From NCBI GenBank assembly GCA_963665235.2, contig CAXXLX010000002.1:480001-544000 (forward strand): DNA of 64,000 nt, given 5' to 3'. Below are positions 10,167-21,866 of the stretch, piece by piece (positions within the stretch are counted from its first letter, which is position 1; each line of letters opens with the position of its first letter). Position numbers and translations under genes: made by a program. The notes beneath the pieces are model-generated. The model ran no database searches, was not told where the DNA came from, and saw only the letters and a program-made list of their open reading frames with translations. This DNA comes from Candidatus Poribacteria bacterium. GTDB lineage: Bacteria; Poribacteria; WGA-4E; WGA-3G.

Positions 10167-10502
10167 ATGTTTTCTTTTGTGATTCTGTGGTTATTCATTC
10201 TCGGCGTTGCCCTTTTTGTATATCTCGCTTTTCCGCTTTTTACGAAACAACACGTTTTTGAAGAGGTTGACCCTACAGAAGTGCGCAGGCAAGCCTTCTT
10301 TATCGAACGGGAGCAGAGCTACGCCGCTTTAGCGGAACTAGACGAAGATTATGAAACCGGTAAACTTTCAGAAGCAGATTACAAAGAATTACGGACCGCC
10401 CTTTTGCAGGAAACGGCACAAGTTGTTAGTAAACTTGAAGCTGAGGCGAAGGCGGATGTTGAAGATGAAATCGAAAAATATAAACGACAGAGACGCGGAT
10501 AA
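10167..10502 (+). CDS. CcmI/CycH N-terminal-like small membrane protein
   Basis: TM then LAELDEDYETGKLSEADYKELR motif; AGGAG RBS. Confidence 0.7.
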   Translation: MFSFVILWLFILGVALFVYLAFPLFTKQHVFEEVDPTEVRRQAFFIEREQSYAALAELDEDYETGKLSEADYKELRTALLQETAQVVSKLEAEAKADVEDEIEKYKRQRRG

Positions 10503-10514
10503 TGGAGATATATT

Positions 10515-11774
10515 TTGACACACCCGAAAACCGCTAAATGCCTCGGTGGACTTCTCGGAGTATTGCTCACATTTTTTTTCTCGCTTCCGACCGCCTATTC
10601 CCAAAATGAGACAGGAACCATCCACGGCAAACTGATGGACAGACAGTTAGCCAAACCTATCGCCAATCACCCTGTCACCCTTAATATTCATAAGGCAGGG
10701 GACATCACAACACAGGAAACAACAACGGATGAAAATGGGCACTATCGCTTCGAAAATCTGCCGATTGATGTTGAAACACACTATTCAATCTCTACAATTC
10801 ATGAAGGCACGGAACGCGTAGAAAAAGATATAGTCCTAACCTCATTCGTGCCAGACATTGTTGTTGACATTAGCGTTGGGGTGACGACTGATGCATCCCA
10901 GATTCGGATAAAATCACATAATATTGTCATCGGATTCCCGCCTGAAGACCACCCGCAAGATGGTGCCGTGTCAATTATTGAAGCGTATAACGTTGAAAAC
11001 AGCGGAGATTTGCCGTTTCAAACGAAGTATAAAAACGAAAAAGCTGGGCTCTATTTAGCACTTCCTGAGGGGCATTCCATGTTCGAACCACGTGCCCCTG
11101 CCACCTTAAAAATTAATGCTGCGGCCGATCATGTTATCTTGACGGACATGCTACAACCTACCCCAGCAACCGAGCTGTTACAGTTAGGATATACATACAT
11201 CTTTCACGCCAAAGGACATAAACTTAATCTATCCCGTCCCGTGCGTTTTCATACGGAGCAAATTTCAATTTGGGTACCTGAAGGTATTAACCTTGTTCCG
11301 AAATCAAAGCTTTTTAAGCCGGTGACACGTGAGCCGGTTCATAATACAATTTACAATATTTATCAAGCCGCACCAGCAGATGGATTTCCAATAGGTACGT
11401 CCGTTGACTTGCGTTTGGCGGTTCCGCAGCCGAAGTCGAATGTCGGTCAAATGGTGTTTATTGCAATTGCTTCCGCTTTAGCGGGGGGTTTACTCGTGGC
11501 CGCAATTTACCGGCTCCGGCAGGAACGGCGTGCCGCTGCTGCTGCCTCCGATGCCTCGGAAACTATCACACATGACGCGGGATGGCTCCGTAAACTTAAC
11601 GATGCCGATATTGCTGATGCCCGGACTGCTCGACTTGAATTTATAGCACAACTTGACGACATGCACGAAAAACAGGAAATTTCGGAACGCGTCTATAACC
11701 GATTACGGAAAGAACAGACCGAACGTCTTACCGAGATTCTCGACCAGCACAAAGAACGCGGATTAGATAATTGA
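10515..11774 (+). CDS. Exported carboxypeptidase-regulatory-like domain protein with C-terminal TM
   Basis: Signal peptide, GTIHG...TTTDENGHYRFENL, TM, IAQLDDMHEKQEISERVYNRLR. Confidence 0.75.
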   Translation: MTHPKTAKCLGGLLGVLLTFFFSLPTAYSQNETGTIHGKLMDRQLAKPIANHPVTLNIHKAGDITTQETTTDENGHYRFENLPIDVETHYSISTIHEGTERVEKDIVLTSFVPDIVVDISVGVTTDASQIRIKSHNIVIGFPPEDHPQDGAVSIIEAYNVENSGDLPFQTKYKNEKAGLYLALPEGHSMFEPRAPATLKINAAADHVILTDMLQPTPATELLQLGYTYIFHAKGHKLNLSRPVRFHTEQISIWVPEGINLVPKSKLFKPVTREPVHNTIYNIYQAAPADGFPIGTSVDLRLAVPQPKSNVGQMVFIAIASALAGGLLVAAIYRLRQERRAAAAASDASETITHDAGWLRKLNDADIADARTARLEFIAQLDDMHEKQEISERVYNRLRKEQTERLTEILDQHKERGLDN

Positions 11775-11789
11775 AAAGGATATGATGAA

Positions 11790-12398
11790 ATGGACACTGA
11801 AGAACAGATTGCTGAATTGATTGAAGATTTCGCCGAGTTTGACGATGATGCACGCGACGCTGCTAAAGCGGCATTAATCGATATCGGTGAACCCGCAATA
11901 CCACAATTGATTGAGGCACTTGCCGATAATCTATGGGAGGTCGCCGATCAGGCGGCTGATGTCTTAGCCGCTATTGGTGAACGGGTAATACCGGCACTCA
12001 TGGAAGAGCTGGAGGTTGCTCCAAAACATCAGGCACTGGCTCTAAGCGACACGTTTACCCGTATGGGTGAAACGGCAATCCCTGCCTTGGTTGAAGCATT
12101 AAACAATAGACTAAATGAAGACCTCCGAGAATATGCTGTTCGCGCACTCGGTGGGATGGGGGTTACGGCAATTAACGCGATACCCGCCCTTATTCAAGCT
12201 TTGACCGACCCCGCCGATGAGGTGCGTACCTATTCTGCTTATGCCCTCGCTAAAATGGAATCGGCAGCTGCAGCTGCTGTACCCGCTCTTATCGAGGCAC
12301 TTGAAGATGATTCTGAACGGGTCCAACAGCATGTCGCTTTCGCATTAGATAAAATTGGAACGCCAGAGGCACAGGAAGCACTTAGAGCCTTATTGTAG
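11790..12398 (+). CDS. HEAT-repeat (PBS lyase-like) protein
   Basis: Repeated AIPALIQAL.D....VR..AA.AL. Confidence 0.9.
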   Translation: MDTEEQIAELIEDFAEFDDDARDAAKAALIDIGEPAIPQLIEALADNLWEVADQAADVLAAIGERVIPALMEELEVAPKHQALALSDTFTRMGETAIPALVEALNNRLNEDLREYAVRALGGMGVTAINAIPALIQALTDPADEVRTYSAYALAKMESAAAAAVPALIEALEDDSERVQQHVAFALDKIGTPEAQEALRALL

Positions 12399-12419
12399 AG
12401 AGGAAGAGGGAGAGAAGTC

Positions 12420-13977
12420 ATGTCTGAAATAGAAGAGAAAGGTAGCGAGATAAAAAAGGCGAATACGCCCCGGAAACGTGCCAATGAACTCGATGGGAAG
12501 ACGTGGTTGCGATACTCAGTATCCGTATGGAGCGATATCCGGAAAACGAAAGAGGAGGTTGCGCTAAAACACCCTGCAATGTTTCCAAGCGCGCTAGCGT
12601 TTAACGAGCTGCTTGAAGTTATTGACTCTGGTATCGGATTAGTTGGTTCATAACGTATGGAGCGATATCCGGACAGCATGTCCCAGCAACTTAAATGATT
12701 AGATAAAATTGCGGACCCGCCTACACCCAGTTTCAAGGCATTGCAGGTAAAGATTTGAAAACCTAGAGCGTTCCGACACCGAAGTCGAGTATTGAGTGAT
12801 TGCAATCTTTCGGTTTGCTCGAGAGAACGCTTCCTGTTAGCGGAAAAGATGGAGTGACTCGCATATCTCACGAGAAATACGAGCCGATGTGCTGAAAAAC
12901 GAGACCTTGGAGCAATTGTAAGGTAGCGCAGCGATGGAAAAAAAGCGTCCACAAGATACCAAAAATCCGGATTATGATGAAACGTAAACAACACCGAAGC
13001 TTTTTCCCGAAACGCTGCCGCTATGAACTCGATGGGATGAGACCAATTTGTGGATTTGCGATACTCAGCCTTATCCGTGGATGTCCATGGAGCGATATCA
13101 ACACACATTAAAACCGAAGCTTTTGAACGATTGCGAAAAGACCTCGAGTTTCACTATAGTAAAAGGTTGCGCAGTTGCAGCTTCTGTACCCGAATAAAAC
13201 ACATGTCGCGGCTGCTTTCAAAGCGGATGTTTCGACCCAACGTGGATAGAAAGTTTACAACTCGATGCACGTATAAAACTCAAAAAACTAAAACACCCCG
13301 CAATTCGCTGCGCGCTAGCGCGTCGACTTATTGAGTGTTTGGCACGGCCTGAAGCCACTTTAATTCTTGATCCTTTCGCCGGAGTTGGTTCTACGCTGCT
13401 CGCTGCGAAGGAGTTGGGCAAGCCATCTATCGGTCTAGAGATTTCTCCGGAATTCGCGCAAATCGCTGAGGGACGCATAAGTCAAATGCTACCGTTTTCT
13501 GGACAGGTAGATGCAAAAGTTCATGCTGCTGATAGCCGCGAACTTTATCGGTACGTTCCGCCAAACAGTGTGGATATGGTAGTGACATCACCGCCGTATT
13601 GGGATATTCTGTTGCAAAAAAGAACCGCGGATAATAAACCGCAGCGCGATTATGGGGACTCAGCAGCAGATTTAGGGAAAATCCGGGATTACGAAAAATT
13701 CCTACTGGAACTTCGCAAAGTTTTTGAGCAGGTTTATGCCGTAATGAAGTCCAAAAGTTATTGCTGTGTTATTGTTATGGATTTGCGAAAAAAGAACCGC
13801 TTTTATCCGTATCATCTCGACATTTCACAGTTGATGGTGGATATCGGTTTCATTTTTGATGATACTATTATTTGGAATCGAGCACAAGAATACAACAACT
13901 TAAGACCGTTAGGATATCCGAGTGTTTTCCGTGTTAATAAAGTTCACGAGTTCATTTTGATTTTTCAAAAACCGTAA
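12420..13977 (+). pseudogene. N4-C/N6-A DNA methyltransferase interrupted by a 721-bp scrambled duplication (12600-13320)
   Basis: Joining 12420-12599 to 13321-13977 gives an in-frame 278-aa ORF: VW..HPAMFP..ARRLIE..ILDPFAGVGST..VTSPPY..HEFILIFQK. Confidence 0.85.
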
Positions 13978-14060
13978 GAAACCTTCATATCTTCTAGGAA
14001 ATGTCAAAATTAGGTTCCCCAGCAAACATTGTGGCAAATTTGTGAAATTTAAAGAAAAAT

Positions 14061-14089
14061 TTGAAAATGCTATGAAAATGTGGTATAAT
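14061..14089 (+). promoter_or_regulatory. Sigma70-type promoter for korAB
   Basis: TTGAAA-17-TATAAT with extended TG. Confidence 0.65.
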
Positions 14090-14207
14090 TAAAAAAAGTG
14101 AAGTTTTGAATTTTCCACATAAGAAATTTCATGACCCTCGTTGAAAAATCTGAATTTGAGAGAAGTCATTAACAAATAAATTTGATTACAATCAGAAAGG
14201 AGCCAAG

Positions 14208-16001
14208 ATGGCAAAATACGATTTTGTAGTCGCCATAGGAGGGGCACCTGGGCAAGGTATAGACACGCTTGGGCTCAGTCTGGGTCGAATCTGTGCGCGG
14301 TATGGTCTACATGTTTTTACTTATAGTGCCTACCAATCCCTTATCCGCGGCGGCCATACCTTCCTTACCCTCAGAATTAGTTCTGAACCTGTTGCCAACC
14401 ACGGCGACGAGATAGACCTTATCATAGCCCTCGATCGAAACAGTATAGAAACGCATCTACCGCACGTCAGACCCGGCGGCGCACTTATCTATAACAGCGA
14501 TGATGTCAAACAAGCACCGGAACGGGACGATATCCAGTTGTGTCCTATTCCTTACAAAGAGTTCTCCAGCAGCATTGAAGATAGAACGTTACAGAAAAGG
14601 TGTCTAAATACGTGCATGCTTGGGGCGACTTTGGGGATTGTCGGGGCGGACTTAAAGGTGCTTGAGGAGATAATCATCGGCGCGCTTCTCAAACGCAAAG
14701 GCCAGGAGGTTGTGGATGCCAACATCATGGTAGCGACCGCGGGTTATGAGCAAGCTGTCGAAAACTTTACGCCATTTGATGCTAAGTTTGAGAAACAGGA
14801 GCCCGCGCTTGCGTTCGTTGATGGCAATGGAGCGATGGCAATGGGCGGGGCCGCCGCAGGTGTTAAGTTTTATTGTGCCTATCCAATGAGTCCGTCGACG
14901 GGTGTCCTCCATTGGATGGCGGCGAATGCACGAAATCTGAACATTATGGTGCGTCAGTGTGAAGACGAAATTAGCGTTATCAACATGGTTATCGGTGCTG
15001 CACACGCGGGATGTCGTGCGATGTGTGCTACATCCGGCGGCGGATTTGCACTTATGTCGGAGGCAATTGGCAGTGCAGCCATGATGGAAATTCCTATCGT
15101 AGTAATCAACGTCCAGCGGGGTGGCCCCTCTACAGGTTTACCCACAAAAACTGAGCAAGGCGATTTATGGCAACTCCTCGGTGCCAGCCAAGGCGACTTT
15201 CCAAAGATTATTGTCGCGCCCACCAGTATCATGGATGGGTTTGACACTATCCCCGAACTTTTCAATCTCGTTGATAAATTTCAGTGCCCCGGTATGGTGC
15301 TGTCAGATCTGACCCTATCCATGGGGTATACGACGTTTGTTCCTGATTCTATTAACTGGCAACCCGAAATTGACCGCGGTGAATTGATAACGGACCTTGG
15401 GCAAATGGATGAAGAATATCTGCGGTATCAGATTACCGACAGCGGTATTTCACCCCGGGCACTTCCAGGCACCCCAGGTCACATGCACGTCGTCGCGACC
15501 GATGACCACGACGAGGATGGCGGTCTAATTAGTGACGAATTTACGAACCCGCATAAACGACGCGACATCATGGAGAAGCGGCAACGGAAGATGGCCGGTA
15601 TCGTTGAACTTCTCCCACCGCCGACACTTGAGGGCCCTGAGGATGCAGAAGTTACCCTCATTGGATGGGGATCGACACACGGTGTGATTAGTGAGGCTGT
15701 GCAGTTGCTAACCGAAGAGGGTATTACAACGAACCATATTCAGTTCAAATGGCTCTATCCGATGGATGAGGATGCGGTAAACGAAGTCTTGGCCAAATCG
15801 GGGCATGCTGTTATTGTTGAATGCAACTACACCGGTCAGTTCGCCCGGTTCCTGCGAGGCGAAACAGGTTTTAAGGCGGATGGACATATCCGAAAATACG
15901 ACGGTGAACCGTTTATGCCGCACCATATCGCTGACGGTATCCGTGAACTTTTAATCGGCAAAACCGACCTCTATGTTCCATATCAGGAAATTGTTGTCTA
16001 A
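14208..16001 (+). CDS. korA: 2-oxoacid:ferredoxin oxidoreductase alpha subunit
   Basis: GGAPGQG, YPMSPST, ATSGGGF, QRGGPSTGLPTKTEQGD. Confidence 0.95.
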   Translation: MAKYDFVVAIGGAPGQGIDTLGLSLGRICARYGLHVFTYSAYQSLIRGGHTFLTLRISSEPVANHGDEIDLIIALDRNSIETHLPHVRPGGALIYNSDDVKQAPERDDIQLCPIPYKEFSSSIEDRTLQKRCLNTCMLGATLGIVGADLKVLEEIIIGALLKRKGQEVVDANIMVATAGYEQAVENFTPFDAKFEKQEPALAFVDGNGAMAMGGAAAGVKFYCAYPMSPSTGVLHWMAANARNLNIMVRQCEDEISVINMVIGAAHAGCRAMCATSGGGFALMSEAIGSAAMMEIPIVVINVQRGGPSTGLPTKTEQGDLWQLLGASQGDFPKIIVAPTSIMDGFDTIPELFNLVDKFQCPGMVLSDLTLSMGYTTFVPDSINWQPEIDRGELITDLGQMDEEYLRYQITDSGISPRALPGTPGHMHVVATDDHDEDGGLISDEFTNPHKRRDIMEKRQRKMAGIVELLPPPTLEGPEDAEVTLIGWGSTHGVISEAVQLLTEEGITTNHIQFKWLYPMDEDAVNEVLAKSGHAVIVECNYTGQFARFLRGETGFKADGHIRKYDGEPFMPHHIADGIRELLIGKTDLYVPYQEIVV

Positions 16002-16019
16002 CGAAGGAGGAAAAATCAG

Positions 16020-16913
16020 ATGGCAAAAAAAGAGAGACCTATTCAAGGCGCGCCTACCGCGAAAGATTTTAGAGGCATCAAACCAGATTGGTGTCCGGGT
16101 TGTGGTGATTTTGGGGTGCTCAATGCGTTACAAAACGCGTATGCAAAACTCGGCCGTGGCAATCACGATCATCTCACCGTTAGCGGAATCGGATGTTCCT
16201 CTAATCTCCCTGGCTACATTCGGACTTATGGCATGCATACCCTGCATGGGCGTGCACTCCCTGTAGCAACGGGTGCTAAACTCGCCAACCACAATTTAAA
16301 TGTCGTCGTCACTGGCGGTGATGGAGATGGATACGGCATCGGCGGAAATCATTTTCTTCATACCATGCGGAAAAATGTTGACCTTCTCTACATTGTTATG
16401 AACAATGAGACTTACGGGTTGACCGTTGGGCAAGCCTCCCCCACTACCATTGTAGGGGAAAAGACGAAAAGCACACCGTTCGGTAATATAGAAACCCCTC
16501 TCAATCCGGTTGCTATGGCAATTGTCGGGGGAGCCACGTACGTCGCCAGAGCCTATAGTTCTAAAGGTGCACAACTTGCCGAATTGATGCACGACGGGAT
16601 GAAACACAAAGGATTCGCGTTTATTGATGTTATCAGTCCGTGTGTTACGTGGAAGGGCGGAAGTGATGAAATTTTCCCGTATTGGAAGGAACGGCTCCAA
16701 GACCTTGAGAATCATGACACAAGCGATAAAGCGGCGGCCCTTGAACAAGCCGTTAAGACCGATTATGAAACGCAGATTGGGTTATTCTATCACGATACAA
16801 GTCGCCCCTCCTTGGATCAGATGGAACCTGTTTTGGAAAATGGGCCGATGGCGCATCAACCCCTCGGTATTACGCAGGAACAGGGTGACGCGATTGTCCA
16901 ACGTATGATGTAA
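16020..16913 (+). CDS. korB: 2-oxoacid:ferredoxin oxidoreductase beta subunit
   Basis: WCPGCGDF, SGIGCS, GGDGD TPP motif, SPCVTW. Confidence 0.95.
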   Translation: MAKKERPIQGAPTAKDFRGIKPDWCPGCGDFGVLNALQNAYAKLGRGNHDHLTVSGIGCSSNLPGYIRTYGMHTLHGRALPVATGAKLANHNLNVVVTGGDGDGYGIGGNHFLHTMRKNVDLLYIVMNNETYGLTVGQASPTTIVGEKTKSTPFGNIETPLNPVAMAIVGGATYVARAYSSKGAQLAELMHDGMKHKGFAFIDVISPCVTWKGGSDEIFPYWKERLQDLENHDTSDKAAALEQAVKTDYETQIGLFYHDTSRPSLDQMEPVLENGPMAHQPLGITQEQGDAIVQRMM

Positions 16914-17006
16914 AACGGAACCGTAAGGGAGCGGGTACAACAGTTCGGGTTGCAGGTTTTCCACTACTTCGCAATAGGTATCAACAAGGAGGTTGGGATT
17001 AACGTT

Positions 17007-17723
17007 ATGCGGCTTCGTGCCTCGCAGCTCACAAAAAATTTTGGGCACAGTACAATTGTCAAAAACGTCGATATCGCAGTTTCCCCTGGGGAAGTGGTTA
17101 CGATTTTCGGACCGAATGGTGCCGGCAAAACGACGCTGCTCAAAATTCTTGCAACCCTCCTCCGGCCGACATCCGGAGGTTTTGATATTGAAGGCATAGA
17201 TGCCGTTGCAGAACCGTTGAAAGTGCGTAAGGCACTTGGCGTAGTCCTCCATGAACCTTTAGCTTACCCGGCTCTGAGCCCTTATGAAAACCTCAAATTC
17301 TTCGGACATCTGTACGGTGTCGCGCGATTAGCGGAGCGATGTACAACGCTCCTTACCGAGGTGGGGTTAAGCCGTTTTGTGCATGAACCCTTGCACATTT
17401 TCTCACGCGGGATGACGCAGCGTTTTATGATAGCCAGAGCCTTACTCCACGAGCCTGTCGTGCTGCTATTTGATGAACCGTTCTCAGGACTTGACACGTC
17501 GGCCAAACAGTTTGTCTTACAGCGCATCGCACAGGAACAGCAGCGGGGAAAAGCGATTATCGTCACAACACACAATATAGAGCTAGGGTATCTTGTGGGC
17601 TCTCGCTTCTGCTTTATGCACAATGGGCAGCTTCATGCTGGTCCAAATAAGTCAGACGTTAATTCAGAAACGTTGTCCCAGTATTACGAGGAAATTTTGA
17701 GCACAACCCCTTCAGCGGCGTGA
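17007..17723 (+). CDS. ccmA: Heme ABC exporter ATP-binding subunit
   Basis: GPNGAGKTT, FSRGM, LFDEP; followed by ccmB. Confidence 0.88.
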   Translation: MRLRASQLTKNFGHSTIVKNVDIAVSPGEVVTIFGPNGAGKTTLLKILATLLRPTSGGFDIEGIDAVAEPLKVRKALGVVLHEPLAYPALSPYENLKFFGHLYGVARLAERCTTLLTEVGLSRFVHEPLHIFSRGMTQRFMIARALLHEPVVLLFDEPFSGLDTSAKQFVLQRIAQEQQRGKAIIVTTHNIELGYLVGSRFCFMHNGQLHAGPNKSDVNSETLSQYYEEILSTTPSAA

Positions 17724-17729
17724 TTCCTT

Positions 17730-18425
17730 ATGAAGGTCCTACGGCAAATTGGATGGCTGATTCGCAAAGACCTTGCTCTGCAATGGCGGGCAAAGGAGAC
17801 ATTCGCGTTAATCTTCGTCTTTAGCATGCTGGTTGTCCTGATTTTCGCTTTCGCTTTTGGACCCATTTTTCCGGAAGAGAAAAGCGAACGTGGCAAACTT
17901 GTCGCCAGCATTCTCTGGGCAACCTTCGCTTTCGCGGGAATTATCACCCTGAACCGTTCGTTTACCTTGGAGCGTACCAACGCTGCCTTGAATGGTATCC
18001 GGCTTACCGGTGTCGATGCCAGCAACTTTTATCTTTCCAAGGTCATTAGCAATCTCATCGTTTTGTCCGTATTAGAAGTTGTGATTACCCCTATTGCGCT
18101 GCAATTCTTGGATTTGCTGGATGCTGTACCTGTAGCCGTATTATTCAAATTGATTGGGGTGCTGTCTATCGGTACGCTCGGTTTTTGTGCTGTCGGGGTG
18201 CTATTAGCGGGCATGTCAACGACCACAAGCGGTGGCGAAAGCCTACTCTCTGTCATTCTATTCCCCCTTGTCATACCCATTATTATGGGCGGTGCGAAAT
18301 GCACCGTCTCGCTCTTGGTAAACGGGACAGTGGATGACAAATTCTGGCTGTATCTGTTAATTGGGTATAGTTTCGTCTTTTTAGCAGCTGCGTATCTACT
18401 CGCTGAGGCTGTTATAGAAGAATAA
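17730..18425 (+). CDS. ccmB: Heme exporter permease
   Basis: KDL.LQWR.KE, six TM, LNRSF..E, ILFPLVIP. Confidence 0.9.
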   Translation: MKVLRQIGWLIRKDLALQWRAKETFALIFVFSMLVVLIFAFAFGPIFPEEKSERGKLVASILWATFAFAGIITLNRSFTLERTNAALNGIRLTGVDASNFYLSKVISNLIVLSVLEVVITPIALQFLDLLDAVPVAVLFKLIGVLSIGTLGFCAVGVLLAGMSTTTSGGESLLSVILFPLVIPIIMGGAKCTVSLLVNGTVDDKFWLYLLIGYSFVFLAAAYLLAEAVIEE

Positions 18426-18482
18426 GTTTGATGACATATATCCCGCCGTCACATATCTACAACCATGTTTGATAGTTGCTAG

Positions 18483-19799
<1,317 letters not shown>

Positions 19800-19866
19800 A
19801 TCCTTGTGTGCCTATTGGGGCAACCCGTGTGTTGTCCCAAAACGTTTTTTTTCAAAGGTATACCTT

Positions 19867-20154
19867 ATGCACATTTTTCGGTTCATTTTATTTCTCATCG
19901 CGCTTGCCCTGCTTTTCGTTAGCGTCACCCAGCTCAGGAACGGATATAGTGATTGGCAAGAGGCACAAGTGCTCAAACAGCGGTATAATGATGAGCTCCA
20001 GATGCTTGAAGTCCAACGCACCCAGCTTAAGCACCGCGTTGAGATGCTGAAAAACGATAGGTTAACCAAGGAGCGTCTCGTCAGAAAACGGTTCGGTTAT
20101 GTCAAACCGGGGGAAATCAAAATTAAGATTGTCAAACCTATTCGTTCTGAATGA
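19867..20154 (+). CDS. ftsB: Septum formation initiator (FtsB/DivIC family)
   Basis: TM plus coiled coil plus RKRFGYVKPGE; typical position after eno. Confidence 0.8.
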   Translation: MHIFRFILFLIALALLFVSVTQLRNGYSDWQEAQVLKQRYNDELQMLEVQRTQLKHRVEMLKNDRLTKERLVRKRFGYVKPGEIKIKIVKPIRSE

Positions 20155-20188
20155 GCTTGCACATTGAGACGTAAGCCGATCTTCTTCT

Positions 20189-20268
20189 GTAGGCGCGAGC
20201 TGGGCTCGCGATAGTAAGGCGCGGTCTGGGCTCGCGATATTTCTGTAGGCGCGAGCTGGGCTCGCGAT
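20189..20268 (+). repeat. Three tandem GTAG-REP hairpins
   Basis: GTAGGCGCGAGCTGGGCTCGCGAT x2 plus one degenerate middle copy. Confidence 0.8.
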
Positions 20269-20462
20269 ATTTCTGACACTTTATGGGTTATTCCCCTCCC
20301 CTCTGTTCCGCTACTCCGCGCGGTTTTTCCAACAAACGTCTTGCAAAATACGAAGATATCTGTTAAAATTGTAGACAGTTTATAGAGAAACGGCCTCGGG
20401 GGTACGTCCCCCTACGTCAAGAAATCTGCGCGCCTACCGGCACGAAATGGAGCGTTAATTTT

Positions 20463-21866
20463 ATGTATAGAGAAAACAACAAGCGAGGACCTTTATCGAA
20501 ATTGATTATCATATCCGCCCTCCTTGTGCTTTTCATTTTGGTTATTAATGCCTTACGCGTAGTTGAGCGGAATGTATTTCAGTCACCTTCACCGCAGGAT
20601 GCGTTTCGTGCATCCCCGTCGCGGGATGCGTTTCAAGTTTCTCCGACGCAGGATGCGTTTCGTGCATCTCCGTCAGAGGTTGATGGGAAAGAGATGCTCC
20701 CCGCATCTGTCCGGCGCCGTGATGCGTTGCGGACAAAACGGTGGCCGGAGGGTTTCCGTCTCCACTGTTATTGGTGGGTCGGCGGAGCGGCAGTTTACGT
20801 CGCGGAGATGGACCGCAAATCGGTACATCTGAAATTTGACGTGGCTCTTGCCAATTCCCAAATTCTCACGCGTGAAACTGTTAGCAGTGCTACACGGAAG
20901 CTTATGAGAAAAGGAGTGCTCCCGTTAGCGGGGGTCAACGGAAGTTTCGGCATTCGCGATGATGGCTGGAGACGAGGCGGTATGATTTTCAATCTCCACA
21001 TTCAAAAAGGGGAGCTCGTTAGTATTCCGAAATTAATTGATAGATGGGGTTATTCACCGCCTTCTCCTTGGGGTGAAACCAGTTTTGGCGTTACACCCGA
21101 TGGTGAGTTTCTCTTGGATGCGGTTCAATTGAACGGAAAACTCTATATCAACGGCGAGATGCTTGCAATTGACGCTATCAACCAGATTTGTGATTCGTCG
21201 TGTCCCGTTGTGCTTTATACCCCTCGGTTTGGCAAAACGACTCTAGCACGTAGGGGTTACGAGTTCACCCTTGAAAACCTTGCCCTTCCGCTCAGAGGAA
21301 AATATGAGAGTCAGTTTGTTGTTACTGATGTCAATCGGAGCGGCAATAGCAGCATTCCGCGCAATGGTGTTGTGCTTGCGATAGAACGCCGCAAGGCACA
21401 AAGGTGGCAAAAGAAGCTCGCTGAAAACACAAGGGGTACCCTAAAAATTGCCCTCACCCCCGAAAAGTGGCAAACAGTTCCCGATGGAATAGGCGGAAAC
21501 CTACGGCTCTTACGAGATGGCGAAATTGAACCGGAATTGGTTGAATTTGCACGTACTGGCGGCAGAAGTGCTTACAATCATTCAAACGCTGCCCGCCGGA
21601 ACCCCCGGAGTGCCCTCGGATTTAACGATGAAAAACTCTTCCTAATCGTTGTTGATGGCAGAAGCCCCGGGCACAGCATGGGGATGTCCCTCTATCAAAT
21701 GGCAGATTTTTTCAACGACATCGGCATCAAGCACGCCATTAACTTCGATGGCGGCAGCTCTTCTGCCTTGTGGGCATTAGGCAGTGTTGTCAACAGATAC
21801 GCTCACCCTCATGAGCGTCCTATCTTCAACGTAGCTATGATTTGTGCAAGAGAAAATAAAAAATGA
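20463..21866 (+). CDS. Phosphodiester glycosidase (NAGPA-like) family protein
   Basis: N-terminal TM, GVNGSF, NPRSALG, VVDGR, AINFDGGSS. Confidence 0.85.
   Translation: MYRENNKRGPLSKLIIISALLVLFILVINALRVVERNVFQSPSPQDAFRASPSRDAFQVSPTQDAFRASPSEVDGKEMLPASVRRRDALRTKRWPEGFRLHCYWWVGGAAVYVAEMDRKSVHLKFDVALANSQILTRETVSSATRKLMRKGVLPLAGVNGSFGIRDDGWRRGGMIFNLHIQKGELVSIPKLIDRWGYSPPSPWGETSFGVTPDGEFLLDAVQLNGKLYINGEMLAIDAINQICDSSCPVVLYTPRFGKTTLARRGYEFTLENLALPLRGKYESQFVVTDVNRSGNSSIPRNGVVLAIERRKAQRWQKKLAENTRGTLKIALTPEKWQTVPDGIGGNLRLLRDGEIEPELVEFARTGGRSAYNHSNAARRNPRSALGFNDEKLFLIVVDGRSPGHSMGMSLYQMADFFNDIGIKHAINFDGGSSSALWALGSVVNRYAHPHERPIFNVAMICARENKK

Noticed and set aside
12239-13108. 289-aa minus-strand ORF and similar shadow ORFs (28718..29332, 44940..45653, 56748..57368)
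   Set aside because: They overlap well-supported genes or scrambled DNA and have no recognisable motifs.
12600-13320. Intron, intein or IS in the methyltransferase
   Set aside because: No ORF, terminal repeats or intron motifs; the content is degraded copies of the host gene.
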